A stretch of DNA of 64,000 bases from Candidatus Babelota bacterium (GTDB taxonomy: Bacteria; Babelota; Babeliae; Babelales; UASB340): positions 8,800 to 72,799 of the forward strand of contig WJIY01000017.1 in assembly GCA_014730005.1 (NCBI GenBank), in the 5' to 3' direction. The notes beneath the pieces are model-generated. The model was not told the origin of the DNA and did no database searches. It saw nothing but the letters and a program-made list of their open reading frames with translations. Below are positions 26,401-35,736 of the stretch, in pieces. How positions within the stretch are numbered: position 1 is the first letter of the stretch; the number at the start of each line of letters is the position of its first letter. The translations under genes were made by a program, and so were the position numbers.

Positions 26401-26745
26401 TTATTTTTTTAAATTATCCAAATGCTTCTTTAGCTGTTTATTTTCATACTTTAAATTATTCAATTCTTGCTCAATTTCTCTAATCTTTTTTTCAACCCTA
26501 TCCGCAAAATCTTGTAATCTACTAGCTACATCTCTTCTAAAAGAATCAAATTCACCATAACTGACGCCACCTCTACTGCCTCCACCGTAAGATTTTTGTG
26601 TCATAGCACCAGAAAGTAATCCTCCAAACATTCCACCTGCCATTCCTCCTGCAAAAGAGTCTCCTGAACCTGCTTCCAGCAAAACAAATGAATAAAAAGT
26701 TATTAACAATATGCTACTCATCAATATATTTTTTTTCATTTTCAT
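26401..26745 (-). CDS. secreted glycine-zipper protein with C-terminal coiled coil
   Basis: A signal peptide is followed by GSGDSFAGGMAGGMFGGLLSGAMT (GxxxG zipper). A heptad-like tail follows (VEKKIREIEQELNNLKYENKQLKKHLDNLKK). Confidence 0.65.
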   Translation of the reverse strand: MKMKKNILMSSILLITFYSFVLLEAGSGDSFAGGMAGGMFGGLLSGAMTQKSYGGGSRGGVSYGEFDSFRRDVASRLQDFADRVEKKIREIEQELNNLKYENKQLKKHLDNLKK

Positions 26746-26748
26746 TCC

Positions 26749-27081
26749 TTATTTTTTTTGCTTTCTAAATATCATGACAGCTAATCCTACAATCGCTAAA
26801 AACATGAGAATAAAGGCAATAACAACAAAAATTGTAATCAAACCTGTTCTTTGTTGACTATACATCTCACGTCTTAGTTGTTGTTCTCTTCTTAACTGTT
26901 GAACATCTTGTTTAGCTTCTTTTCCACTAGAATCTCTTGTAATCGCACTAGAAAATAAACCACCTATCATTCCACCAGCCAATCCACCAGCAAAAGAATC
27001 TCCACCTCTTCCTGCGATAAGCATTGAAGAAGGATTCAATAAAAATAATGATAATAAAAAGCCTAGAATTAGTTTTTTCAT
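26749..27081 (-). CDS. secreted glycine-zipper protein with C-terminal TM anchor (paralogue of 26401-26745)
   Basis: A signal peptide is followed by GRGGDSFAGGLAGGMIGGLFSSAIT. A QQLRREQQLRRE repeat and a C-terminal TM segment (LITIFVVIAFILMFLAIVGLAVMIF) follow. Confidence 0.65.
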   Translation of the reverse strand: MKKLILGFLLSLFLLNPSSMLIAGRGGDSFAGGLAGGMIGGLFSSAITRDSSGKEAKQDVQQLRREQQLRREMYSQQRTGLITIFVVIAFILMFLAIVGLAVMIFRKQKK

Positions 27082-27233
27082 TACTTTGCCCCCTAATATA
27101 AATAAAAATCATAGAAATTTTTAATATTTCTACTTCTGTGTTTATAATGACAAAAATAGTAGTAATTAATCAATGATTTACTGTTTTTTTTATCCATTAT
27201 CAAAAAAATTAAGACGTTAAAATAAGGAGAAAG

Positions 27234-28448
27234 ATGAAAAATCATATACTTGAATTAATAAATCAAGAAAAAGAACGCGAAGAAAAAACCATTAATTTAA
27301 TTGCCTCTGAAAATTATACTTCCAAAGATATTTTAAAAGCAACAGGTTCAATTTTAACTAATAAATATGCTGAAGGATATCCAGCAAAAAGATATTATGC
27401 GGGATGCGAGATCATAGATAAAATTGAACAATTTTCCATAGAACAAGCAAAAAAAACATTTTGCGCTGCTCATGTTAATGTTCAACCACATTCTGGCTCA
27501 TCTGCAAATATAGCTGTTTATTTTAGTAATTTAAAAAATGGAGATACTATTTTAGGCATGTCTTTATCATCAGGAGGACATTTAACACACGGACACAAAG
27601 TAAATTTTTCAGGCAAAATATTTAATTTTATTCCCTATAACGTTAGTCCTGAAAATGAACATCTAGACTACAATGAAATAAGAATATTGGCCGAACAACA
27701 TAAACCTAAAATGATCGTTGCTGGTGCAAGTGCATACTCAAAAATCATAGATTTTGCGCAAATTTCCAAAATAGCTAAAGATAATAAATGTTTATTATTT
27801 TCTGATATGGCACATATTGCAGGACTTGTTGCAGCAAAATTACATCCTAGTCCTATTCCTGTTTCAGATTTTGTTAGCAGCACTACTCATAAAACTCTTC
27901 GAGGTCCCAGAGGAGGTTTTATTTGTTGTAAAGCTGAATATGGCAAAAATATAGATAAAACTGTTATGCCTGGTTTACAAGGAGGACCGCTAATGCATAT
28001 AATAGCGGCAAAAGCTATCGCTTTTCAAAATGCTCAAACAAAAAAATTTAAAGATTACATTGATCAAGTTTTAAAAAATGCAAAAATAATGTCTAAAACT
28101 TTTCAAGATTTAGGCTATAGAATTGTATCAGGCGGAACAGACAATCATCTTTTTCTAATAGATCTTAGAAATAAAAACATATCAGGCAAACAAGCCGAAG
28201 AATTATTAGAACAATGTAACATAAATGTAAATCGCAATACCATACCTTTTGATCCAGCTTCACCAAATAATCCAAGTGGAATTAGAATAGGAACACCTGC
28301 AATCACAACAAGAAAAATGACTGAAAATGATTGTATTACTATTGTACATTGGATAAATGAAATTATTAATAATAAAACCAACGAAAATTTCTTAAAAAAA
28401 GTTAAAGCAAAAATTGAAGAATTTTGTAAAAAATTTTCAATTTATTAA
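27234..28448 (+). CDS. glyA: serine hydroxymethyltransferase
   Basis: Motifs LIASENYTSKDIL, YAEGYPAKRYYAGCE and TTHKTLRGPRGG (PLP Lys) are present. 404 aa. Confidence 0.97.
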   Translation: MKNHILELINQEKEREEKTINLIASENYTSKDILKATGSILTNKYAEGYPAKRYYAGCEIIDKIEQFSIEQAKKTFCAAHVNVQPHSGSSANIAVYFSNLKNGDTILGMSLSSGGHLTHGHKVNFSGKIFNFIPYNVSPENEHLDYNEIRILAEQHKPKMIVAGASAYSKIIDFAQISKIAKDNKCLLFSDMAHIAGLVAAKLHPSPIPVSDFVSSTTHKTLRGPRGGFICCKAEYGKNIDKTVMPGLQGGPLMHIIAAKAIAFQNAQTKKFKDYIDQVLKNAKIMSKTFQDLGYRIVSGGTDNHLFLIDLRNKNISGKQAEELLEQCNINVNRNTIPFDPASPNNPSGIRIGTPAITTRKMTENDCITIVHWINEIINNKTNENFLKKVKAKIEEFCKKFSIY

Positions 28449-28833
28449 GCAAAATTAATTTTGTTAATTTAATTGTTCTGCAAAATTTTTTCAATACCTT
28501 CAACAATTATTTTCATTTATTAATAAGTAAAGTTTTTTAGGTCTATCATAAAAATTACCATCTTAATTATCACTATCAAATATACTAAATAAATTAAAAG
28601 AAATAATAATCAGTATTAATAAAAAAATATTCCTTATTATGAGGAATCCATTATAAAAAATCACTAAAAAATTTATTAACTATTTAGACAAAATCATAAA
28701 AATAAAAAAATGAAAATATATTAAAAAATAAACTTATACTATATAAAAAATTAAATTTTTAAATTTGGTAAAAATACTTTATTTTATTTTTATAATCATA
28801 ATCAAACGCTAAACTTAATAATTGAGAAAAAAA

Positions 28834-30540
28834 ATGAACAGTTTAAAACGAATACTTAGTTATACCAGAAAGTATTGGAAATTATTATTAATTTCTGGAA
28901 TCACATCATCTTTATACGGTCTTTTTTCAGCTGCACCAAGTTATGTAATAAAATATACCGTAGATAATGTTTTTATAAATAAATCTGCACATCTTTTAAT
29001 ACCATTCATAATCGGATTTATTTCGCTTTTTGCACTTAAAGGCCTATTTATGTATTTATCAACCTATTATATGAATTGGGTAGGAAGCAAAGTTGTAAAT
29101 GATATAAGACATGATCTTTTTGAAAAAATTATTTATTATCCAATTTCATTTTTTCAAAAAAAAACAACCGGCCAATTAATCTCATACTTCCTTAATGATA
29201 TCCAAATGATTCAAAATGCATCTTCATCCGCCATTAAAAATGGTGTAAGAAGCTTCTTTGAAGCTTCTTTTTTATTAATTGTAGCATTTACACAAAATTG
29301 GAAACTTGCAGCTTTAATGTTTATAGTTGGTCCTGCAATTGGCATAACAATTCAAAAATTAGGTCGATCTATAAAAAAGGCATCAATTAAAATTCAAAAA
29401 AACATGGGAACAATAAGTTCTCTTTTACAAGAAATATTTGTTGGAATCAGGGAAGTTAAAGCATTTAATGGAGAAAAAGTAGAAATAAAACGATTTGATA
29501 AAAACTTAGACGCATGCTTTTATGCAATAATGCGAAATGTACATATAGATTCTTTAGCTCCCGCATTTGTCGAAACAATAGCAATGTTAGGAAGTAGTGT
29601 TGTTTTTTATGTAGCAGCTCATCAAATTATGAATGGAACAATAACTGCTGGACAATTAACGGCATTTTTCACATCAATTCTTTTGGCATATCATCCACTA
29701 AAACGTTTAATAAATGTTTATTCTGAAATTCAATACGGTCTTGCTGCTGGAGATAGAATTTTTGATTTGATGGATAAAAATTATAAATTACAAAATTTGT
29801 ATACTATTCAACCATCAAGTAATACATTTAATGAAAAAATAAATGAAATTAAATTTAAAAATATTTACTTTCAATATAATTCTCAAACTAATGTATTTCA
29901 AAACAGTAATCTTATAATTAATAAAAACGATCGAATAGGAATAATTGGTCCTTCTGGGTCAGGCAAAAGTACATTTTGTGATTTATTATTAGGTTTTATA
30001 CAACCAACTAAAGGCAAAATTTTGATAAATAATAAAAATATTTCAGATTTACCCGTAGAAATATTAAGAAATAAAATTGGTTATGTTGGTCAAAAAACAT
30101 TTTTGTTTAATGATACAATTTTTGCAAATGTAACATATTCACAAAAAAATAAATCTCAAGATGATGTTATAAAGGCATGTAAAACAGCACATGCAGATGA
30201 ATTTATTCAAAACTTACCGAAAAAATATGAAACAATCGTTGGTGAAAATGGAAATAAATTATCAGGGGGACAAAAACAACGATTAACCATTGCACGTGCA
30301 TTATTAAAAAATCCTGAAATATTAATTTTCGATGAAGCCACTTCTGCATTAGATCATGAATCAGAAAACTTGATTCGGTTAGCAATAGAAGAAATAGGAC
30401 ATGAAAAAACTATACTTATAATTTCACATCGACTTTCATTTATAGAAAAAATGGATCGAATTTTCACAATAAAAAATAAACAAATTGAAGACTGTTCAAA
30501 AACTAAAAACAAACAATTCAATAATACAAATTATATATAA
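28834..30540 (+). CDS. msbA: MsbA/PglK-like ABC exporter (fused TMD-NBD lipid or lipid-linked-glycan flippase)
   Basis: Six-TM exporter domain plus an NBD with GPSGSGKST, LSGGQKQRLTIARA and ILIFDEATSALD. I prefer the ATG at 28834 over the TTG at 28822 used by the ORF track. Confidence 0.8.
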   Translation: MNSLKRILSYTRKYWKLLLISGITSSLYGLFSAAPSYVIKYTVDNVFINKSAHLLIPFIIGFISLFALKGLFMYLSTYYMNWVGSKVVNDIRHDLFEKIIYYPISFFQKKTTGQLISYFLNDIQMIQNASSSAIKNGVRSFFEASFLLIVAFTQNWKLAALMFIVGPAIGITIQKLGRSIKKASIKIQKNMGTISSLLQEIFVGIREVKAFNGEKVEIKRFDKNLDACFYAIMRNVHIDSLAPAFVETIAMLGSSVVFYVAAHQIMNGTITAGQLTAFFTSILLAYHPLKRLINVYSEIQYGLAAGDRIFDLMDKNYKLQNLYTIQPSSNTFNEKINEIKFKNIYFQYNSQTNVFQNSNLIINKNDRIGIIGPSGSGKSTFCDLLLGFIQPTKGKILINNKNISDLPVEILRNKIGYVGQKTFLFNDTIFANVTYSQKNKSQDDVIKACKTAHADEFIQNLPKKYETIVGENGNKLSGGQKQRLTIARALLKNPEILIFDEATSALDHESENLIRLAIEEIGHEKTILIISHRLSFIEKMDRIFTIKNKQIEDCSKTKNKQFNNTNYI

Positions 30541-30592
30541 CTTAAAACAGAACAATTCTCATAAGGCTTAAAAAGCATTTAAAAGGAGAAAA

Positions 30593-31417
30593 ATGCAGTC
30601 CATAAACTCTTATAAAAAAAAGAATGATAAATTTTATGACAATTATTTTGGAAATTTTGACTTTGATGTATATAGAAATGATGTAGGAAGTTATTGCACC
30701 CGAAAAATAATTATCAATCAAATTAAACAAAAAACTGGAAAAATCCTCGAAATAGGAACAGGAGTTTCTAGCTTATTATTTGATTTACAAAATTTTACTT
30801 GCTTTGGCATAGATATATCTGAAAGCACAATCAATTTCACTAAAAAATTATTCGAAAAAGAAAATAAAAAAGCATATTTTATTGTCGCTGACGGTGAAGA
30901 ATTGCCATTTAAGTCAAACACATTTAATGTAATAGTATCTTCACATACATTTGAGCATATTAAAAACGATGAAAAAGTTTTAAAAGAATGCGCAAGAATC
31001 TTAGCCCCTAATGGAGAATTGATAATTTTTGTTCCCGGTCGTAAAAACGGAATAGCGACAAAACAAGAATTCGATAAATTTGGACATTACCGATATTACA
31101 ATTTAAAAAGATTCAAATATTTAGAAAAAAATATATATCCTTTATTAAAAATAAAATCAATCTATTACCCTCATAAGATTCATAATTTAATTTGGAATAG
31201 ATTTAAAAAAATATTTAGATGGGTTAATTATCCCATTAAAAAATGGATTTTAAGAGATAACAAAACTTATGAAAAACGAATTTTTTATCAAAAAATAATT
31301 CTTCCATGCCTCGCAAAAATGTTAGATACTCTAGACAAATTATTTATGCATTCAGAAAAAAATTTTTTAAGTATAGAATTTAACGTTTTAGTTCGTTTTA
31401 CAAAAAACAAAAAATAA
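30593..31417 (+). CDS. class I SAM-dependent methyltransferase
   Basis: Motif I ILEIGTGVSSLL and FNVIVSSHTFEHI are present. AAGGAG at 30583-30588 precedes the ATG. Confidence 0.75.
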   Translation: MQSINSYKKKNDKFYDNYFGNFDFDVYRNDVGSYCTRKIIINQIKQKTGKILEIGTGVSSLLFDLQNFTCFGIDISESTINFTKKLFEKENKKAYFIVADGEELPFKSNTFNVIVSSHTFEHIKNDEKVLKECARILAPNGELIIFVPGRKNGIATKQEFDKFGHYRYYNLKRFKYLEKNIYPLLKIKSIYYPHKIHNLIWNRFKKIFRWVNYPIKKWILRDNKTYEKRIFYQKIILPCLAKMLDTLDKLFMHSEKNFLSIEFNVLVRFTKNKK

Positions 31418-32351
31418 ATTCTATCAAATATTTATTTAAAAAGTTAACAAACTTTCTGCGTAAAGATCCTAAATAACTCCGCAAAGTTATATTCTTTTTT
31501 TTAACTAAAATTTCAGGATTTTCTGCACTAATGTTTTGATGAACATTAATAAATTTATTCCCCGTTAAAAACTGATCCTTAAAAACTTTGCATTCCGATT
31601 TTCCAATATTATGTTTTTTTTTATTATAAAAAATGCCCTCCCATTTTTCAAAATAACTTTTATTGTCTTTATTTTGTTTTTTATGATTTGATTTAATAAC
31701 TCCTAAATTTGCATGTGGATAATGCTCAATATAAGAACCTTCAGAAGGAATACATTCATACCCTTTTTGCCATATTTTTAATGCCAAATCTCCATCTCCA
31801 TTATAAAAAAAATATGTACTTTCATCGATATAATTCACATCCTCCAAAGCCTTTTTAAGATAAATTCCATGATTAACGTAAAGTTTATTTCCCAAAGTAT
31901 AACCAACATAATATCTATTATCATCTTTAGACCAATCCCTAAAATAAAAAGCTACTGCTCCAATTTTCCTCCCTGTTGAAAGTTCTTGTTCAAACAAATT
32001 ATAACCATTTTTTATAGCACCAGGAATAACTAAACAATCATCACTCAGCATACAAACATATTTTCCATGAGCACATTTGAATGCAAGATTCATAAAATAC
32101 CCCCATGATTTTCGTTCAATTTGCTTTCCATTCCATTTCCCACGATTATGTTGAACAATAGTGATTATATCTTTTTGACTTAACAGCCATTGCAATGTCC
32201 CATCATCTGAACCACCATCAACAATTATTATTTCATAATTAAAATCCTTAAGTTCATTCCTCACGCTTTCAATCATTAATTTTAAAAAAGGTAATCTATT
32301 GTAAGATCCTGAAACAACTGAAATTTTAGACGTATTTTTTTTTATAAACAT
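31398..32351 (-). CDS. family 2 glycosyltransferase (GT-A)
   Basis: N-terminus ISVVSGSYNRLPFLKLMIESV...IIIVDGGSDDGT and a DxD-like MLSDDC are present. The 3' end overlaps the convergent methyltransferase gene by 20 nt. Confidence 0.8.
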   Translation of the reverse strand: MFIKKNTSKISVVSGSYNRLPFLKLMIESVRNELKDFNYEIIIVDGGSDDGTLQWLLSQKDIITIVQHNRGKWNGKQIERKSWGYFMNLAFKCAHGKYVCMLSDDCLVIPGAIKNGYNLFEQELSTGRKIGAVAFYFRDWSKDDNRYYVGYTLGNKLYVNHGIYLKKALEDVNYIDESTYFFYNGDGDLALKIWQKGYECIPSEGSYIEHYPHANLGVIKSNHKKQNKDNKSYFEKWEGIFYNKKKHNIGKSECKVFKDQFLTGNKFINVHQNISAENPEILVKKKNITLRSYLGSLRRKFVNFLNKYLIEFIFCFL

Positions 32352-32450
32352 ACAGTACTACTCCTTTGAAAATTTACCTTTACTTTATCACACAATTAAG
32401 TACGATAAATTAAAATATATTTAAAATTAATCTAAAAAAAATTAGTAGTG

Positions 32451-34184
32451 ATGAAAAATAATAAAAAAACTTTTTTTTTATCGATTTTACTTTTTGTGTT
32501 CATAATAGCAACTATAGGATTGCCATATAAAAACTGGTGGTGCTATGGCAATGATGATTTTCACGGAATATATGTAGGATACAAAACTAAAACATTGAAA
32601 GATTATTTTGATTTTTTTCATAAAAAAGGAAATATTTTAGACGATATTGGTCCCTCTAACCGTACAAAATCAGATAATAAAAAACCTAGTTCCTTTTTTT
32701 CCGTTTATTATCGCCCTTTGTATTCAATCTATTTGGCATTAGAATATAAGTTTTTTAAAACGAATACATATTATTGGTTTTTAACAAACACATTATTTCA
32801 TGCAATTAACACGATAATTTTATTCAATATTTTTCTATTTTTTTTAAGTTATTTAGGAGCATTAATTGGAGCATTATTTTTTGCTTTTCATCCTCTAATA
32901 AGCTACAAATTTGGAGACTTCGTAAATCTACATTTCTATATAAACATAATGTTTTTATTATTACTTTTTCTTTCATTTAAAAAATATTTAGATTCAAAAA
33001 AATTAATCTACAATTTCTTTTCATGCATGTTATTTGTACTGTCGCTTTTCACTCGCGAATCTTCTATTGTTATACCGCCTATGATCTTCTTTGGAACATA
33101 CCTTTATGAAAATAAAAACAAACAAATATCAATAAAAAATTTTTTAAATCAATTTTTTATAATTCTTAAAAAAACATATCTATTCTTTCTAATCGCTATA
33201 TCTTTTCTTTGTCTTAGAATTTTTTTATATCCAATAAATTTTGACTTTTTAAATAAAAATTTAAATTCTAATAAGCTTGCAAATTTGCTCAATAGATTTG
33301 GAGAATTACAAGTTTTAATTTATGATTCATTAAGCCTTTCATGGCTTCCTTGGGGACAAAAATTAATAAGAGGAATAATTGTTTTATCTATAATAAACTT
33401 ACTTACTTGGTTATTTATAAAAAACGCAAAAAAAATATATGTTTTATACTTTCTCTTTTGTTCAATTTTAATACTCTGGCCTGCATATGTCGGAAATTAC
33501 TGTTCTAGGTATTTTTATGAAGCATGTCCATTTTTACTTATAGCTTTCATTTTGCTTTTCGTTTTTTATAAAGGACATCTTTATCGATTAAAAAATGCTG
33601 TTACATACATATTAAGTTTTTATGTAATATTTCTAATATTTTTTAATATAGAATGCTTTAGCCAAAGAGAAAAAAACATGCAAATATGCTCAAACGCAAT
33701 TCAAGAACTTATTAAACATCCCAAAATAAATAAAAAGCCAATTTGTATTTTAGGTTGCCCTGGACCTGGTCTAGGTTATTATCTTGCCAGTCTGTTATGG
33801 GTATTACTTGATAATCCATCTCATACAATTTACATAGACTCTTCAACTATGTTACGTCAACCAGAATTCAAAACAACAAATTATAAAAATACAATAAATA
33901 AATATTATAATAAAAACGTAGTACAAATAAATCCATTAGAAAATGGCTTTCAATTCAAAACTTTAAATCCTACAAAAATATCTTTTGATTTACCTCCAAA
34001 TCATTATTCATTAGGAGATAAAATAATCAATGAAAAAATAATTGAAAGTGGAAGTGAAAAAATTACAGATTTTACATTGTTACTTGAGCAAAAATATATC
34101 GAGCAAAAACCTTTATTTTTTACATGGGATTTTGAAAAACAACAATTTATAACAATAAAACTTAAAAAAAATAAATATGAATAA
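32451..34184 (+). CDS. GT-C fold membrane glycosyltransferase, PMT_2/TMTC-like, paralogue 1
   Basis: Polytopic protein. After TM1 it carries GLPYKNWWCYGNDDFHG, then SVYYRPLYSIYL, FAFHPLI and FTRESSIVIP. The C-terminal soluble domain ends in TWDFEKQQF. The ORF track starts 3 nt earlier at a GTG. Confidence 0.6.
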   Translation: MKNNKKTFFLSILLFVFIIATIGLPYKNWWCYGNDDFHGIYVGYKTKTLKDYFDFFHKKGNILDDIGPSNRTKSDNKKPSSFFSVYYRPLYSIYLALEYKFFKTNTYYWFLTNTLFHAINTIILFNIFLFFLSYLGALIGALFFAFHPLISYKFGDFVNLHFYINIMFLLLLFLSFKKYLDSKKLIYNFFSCMLFVLSLFTRESSIVIPPMIFFGTYLYENKNKQISIKNFLNQFFIILKKTYLFFLIAISFLCLRIFLYPINFDFLNKNLNSNKLANLLNRFGELQVLIYDSLSLSWLPWGQKLIRGIIVLSIINLLTWLFIKNAKKIYVLYFLFCSILILWPAYVGNYCSRYFYEACPFLLIAFILLFVFYKGHLYRLKNAVTYILSFYVIFLIFFNIECFSQREKNMQICSNAIQELIKHPKINKKPICILGCPGPGLGYYLASLLWVLLDNPSHTIYIDSSTMLRQPEFKTTNYKNTINKYYNKNVVQINPLENGFQFKTLNPTKISFDLPPNHYSLGDKIINEKIIESGSEKITDFTLLLEQKYIEQKPLFFTWDFEKQQFITIKLKKNKYE

Positions 34185-35736
34185 TCTTACGCCAAAATTA
34201 CTAATCAATAATAAAAAAAATCAGATAATATTTTTTTCATTCTTAATTTTTAGCTTAATACTACTTTTTCTTGGAATTCCTTACACTAAATGGTATTTCA
34301 AAACGGATGATTTTGGAAATATTTATCATTGTTTTATTAAAAGTTATAAAGATATTATTAAATTTGTTTATGAAGGAAATATCGAACATGCAAGTCATGC
34401 CTGTAATGATTTGCATGATCAACATTTTTTAGGGGGTCTTTATCGTCCAATGTCATTTATTTATTATTTGCCACAAGTTTTTTTATTTGGAACAAATGCT
34501 TATGGTTATTTTTTAATAACCATAATTTTGCATGCACTAAATTCAGTATTATTATTTTTAATATTTACAAAAATAATCTCTCCTATTTTTTCTTTTCTTT
34601 TTACTATGTATTTTGCCTTTCACCCAACACTAATCTGGTTAGGTTGGATTAGTGCACAAACATATTTTACAGAATTTCTTACTCTAATATTCTTATTGTT
34701 TTTTTTAAAAAAATATCTAGATACAAATCAAATAAAATTCTATTTATTTTCATGTGTACTTTTTCTTATGAACATCTATTTAAAAGAACAAACTATTGTT
34801 CTTCCAATTTGGATTATTTGGGCTACTTATATTTACAAAACATTTAAATTAAATTCACAAAAATCTGTTTTTACAAAATTAAAAGTAAGCTTAATTTTAT
34901 CCTCAGGATATTGGTTAATAATATTTTTCTATCTATTTACAAGAGCTTTGATCTTCCCCATAAGAGTTATAAATACAAATACACCTACATCTCTAACTTT
35001 TGCTTTAAATTTACATTCTTTTCTAAATCGACAAAAAGAACGCTTTTTTGATTTCGTCACTTATATTGCAGATTTTTTAAACTTAAGTTTATTACCTAAA
35101 AATCATCAAATCATCAAGGGAAGTTTAATTATAATATTAATAATATTTCTTTTTATACTTTTCATTAATAGTAAAAACAAAATAATTTCGCTTTTTTTAT
35201 TATTCAGCATATTGTTATTTAGTTGGCCAGCATTATTAATTCATTATCAACCAAGATATATTTATATTTCATTAGCATTTTTTATTTTATTAATTATTTT
35301 CCTTTTAAAATCTCAAAAAAGCACAAACTTATTTGCAAAATACAAAAAAACAATAATGTGTATTCTCTCGCTCACCATTTGCATAAATGCAACCTATTTA
35401 ACAATACAGCTAACAGCAAAAGAAAAACTTCTAAATCATATAAAAATATCCCTTATGAACTTAATTAAAAAAGATGAATTACAAAATGCTATAACAAATA
35501 ATCATGCACTTTGTTTTTATAATCTTCCTTATTATTTCAGGCAAGGAACAGCTCAAGCAACGTGGATGTTAACCAACAAATCAAATTATCCTATTTATGT
35601 TTACCTAACAAAACCACCAATCAGCACTATATATAAATTAGGATATAATCATATTCCAAATCCAAAAACCGTAAATAAAAATATTTTATATATAACATGG
35701 GACTATGATAAATCAGAATTTATATTTGATTATTAA
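34177..35736 (+). CDS. GT-C fold membrane glycosyltransferase, PMT_2/TMTC-like, paralogue 2
   Basis: Motifs GIPYTKWYFKTDDFGN, GGLYRPMSFIYY, FAFHPTL and YLKEQTIVLP are present. The protein ends in TWDYDKSEF. It overlaps paralogue 1 by 8 nt. Confidence 0.6.
   Translation: MNNLTPKLLINNKKNQIIFFSFLIFSLILLFLGIPYTKWYFKTDDFGNIYHCFIKSYKDIIKFVYEGNIEHASHACNDLHDQHFLGGLYRPMSFIYYLPQVFLFGTNAYGYFLITIILHALNSVLLFLIFTKIISPIFSFLFTMYFAFHPTLIWLGWISAQTYFTEFLTLIFLLFFLKKYLDTNQIKFYLFSCVLFLMNIYLKEQTIVLPIWIIWATYIYKTFKLNSQKSVFTKLKVSLILSSGYWLIIFFYLFTRALIFPIRVINTNTPTSLTFALNLHSFLNRQKERFFDFVTYIADFLNLSLLPKNHQIIKGSLIIILIIFLFILFINSKNKIISLFLLFSILLFSWPALLIHYQPRYIYISLAFFILLIIFLLKSQKSTNLFAKYKKTIMCILSLTICINATYLTIQLTAKEKLLNHIKISLMNLIKKDELQNAITNNHALCFYNLPYYFRQGTAQATWMLTNKSNYPIYVYLTKPPISTIYKLGYNHIPNPKTVNKNILYITWDYDKSEFIFDY

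Noticed and set aside
28449-28833. ~385-nt non-coding gap after glyA, checked for ncRNA, repeats or a mobile-element scar
   Set aside because: I saw only AT-rich low-complexity sequence with short, weak palindromes (for example caaaattaattttg and attcct...aggaat). There is no conserved-looking structure, direct repeat or ORF. It is most likely the promoter and leader region of the island.
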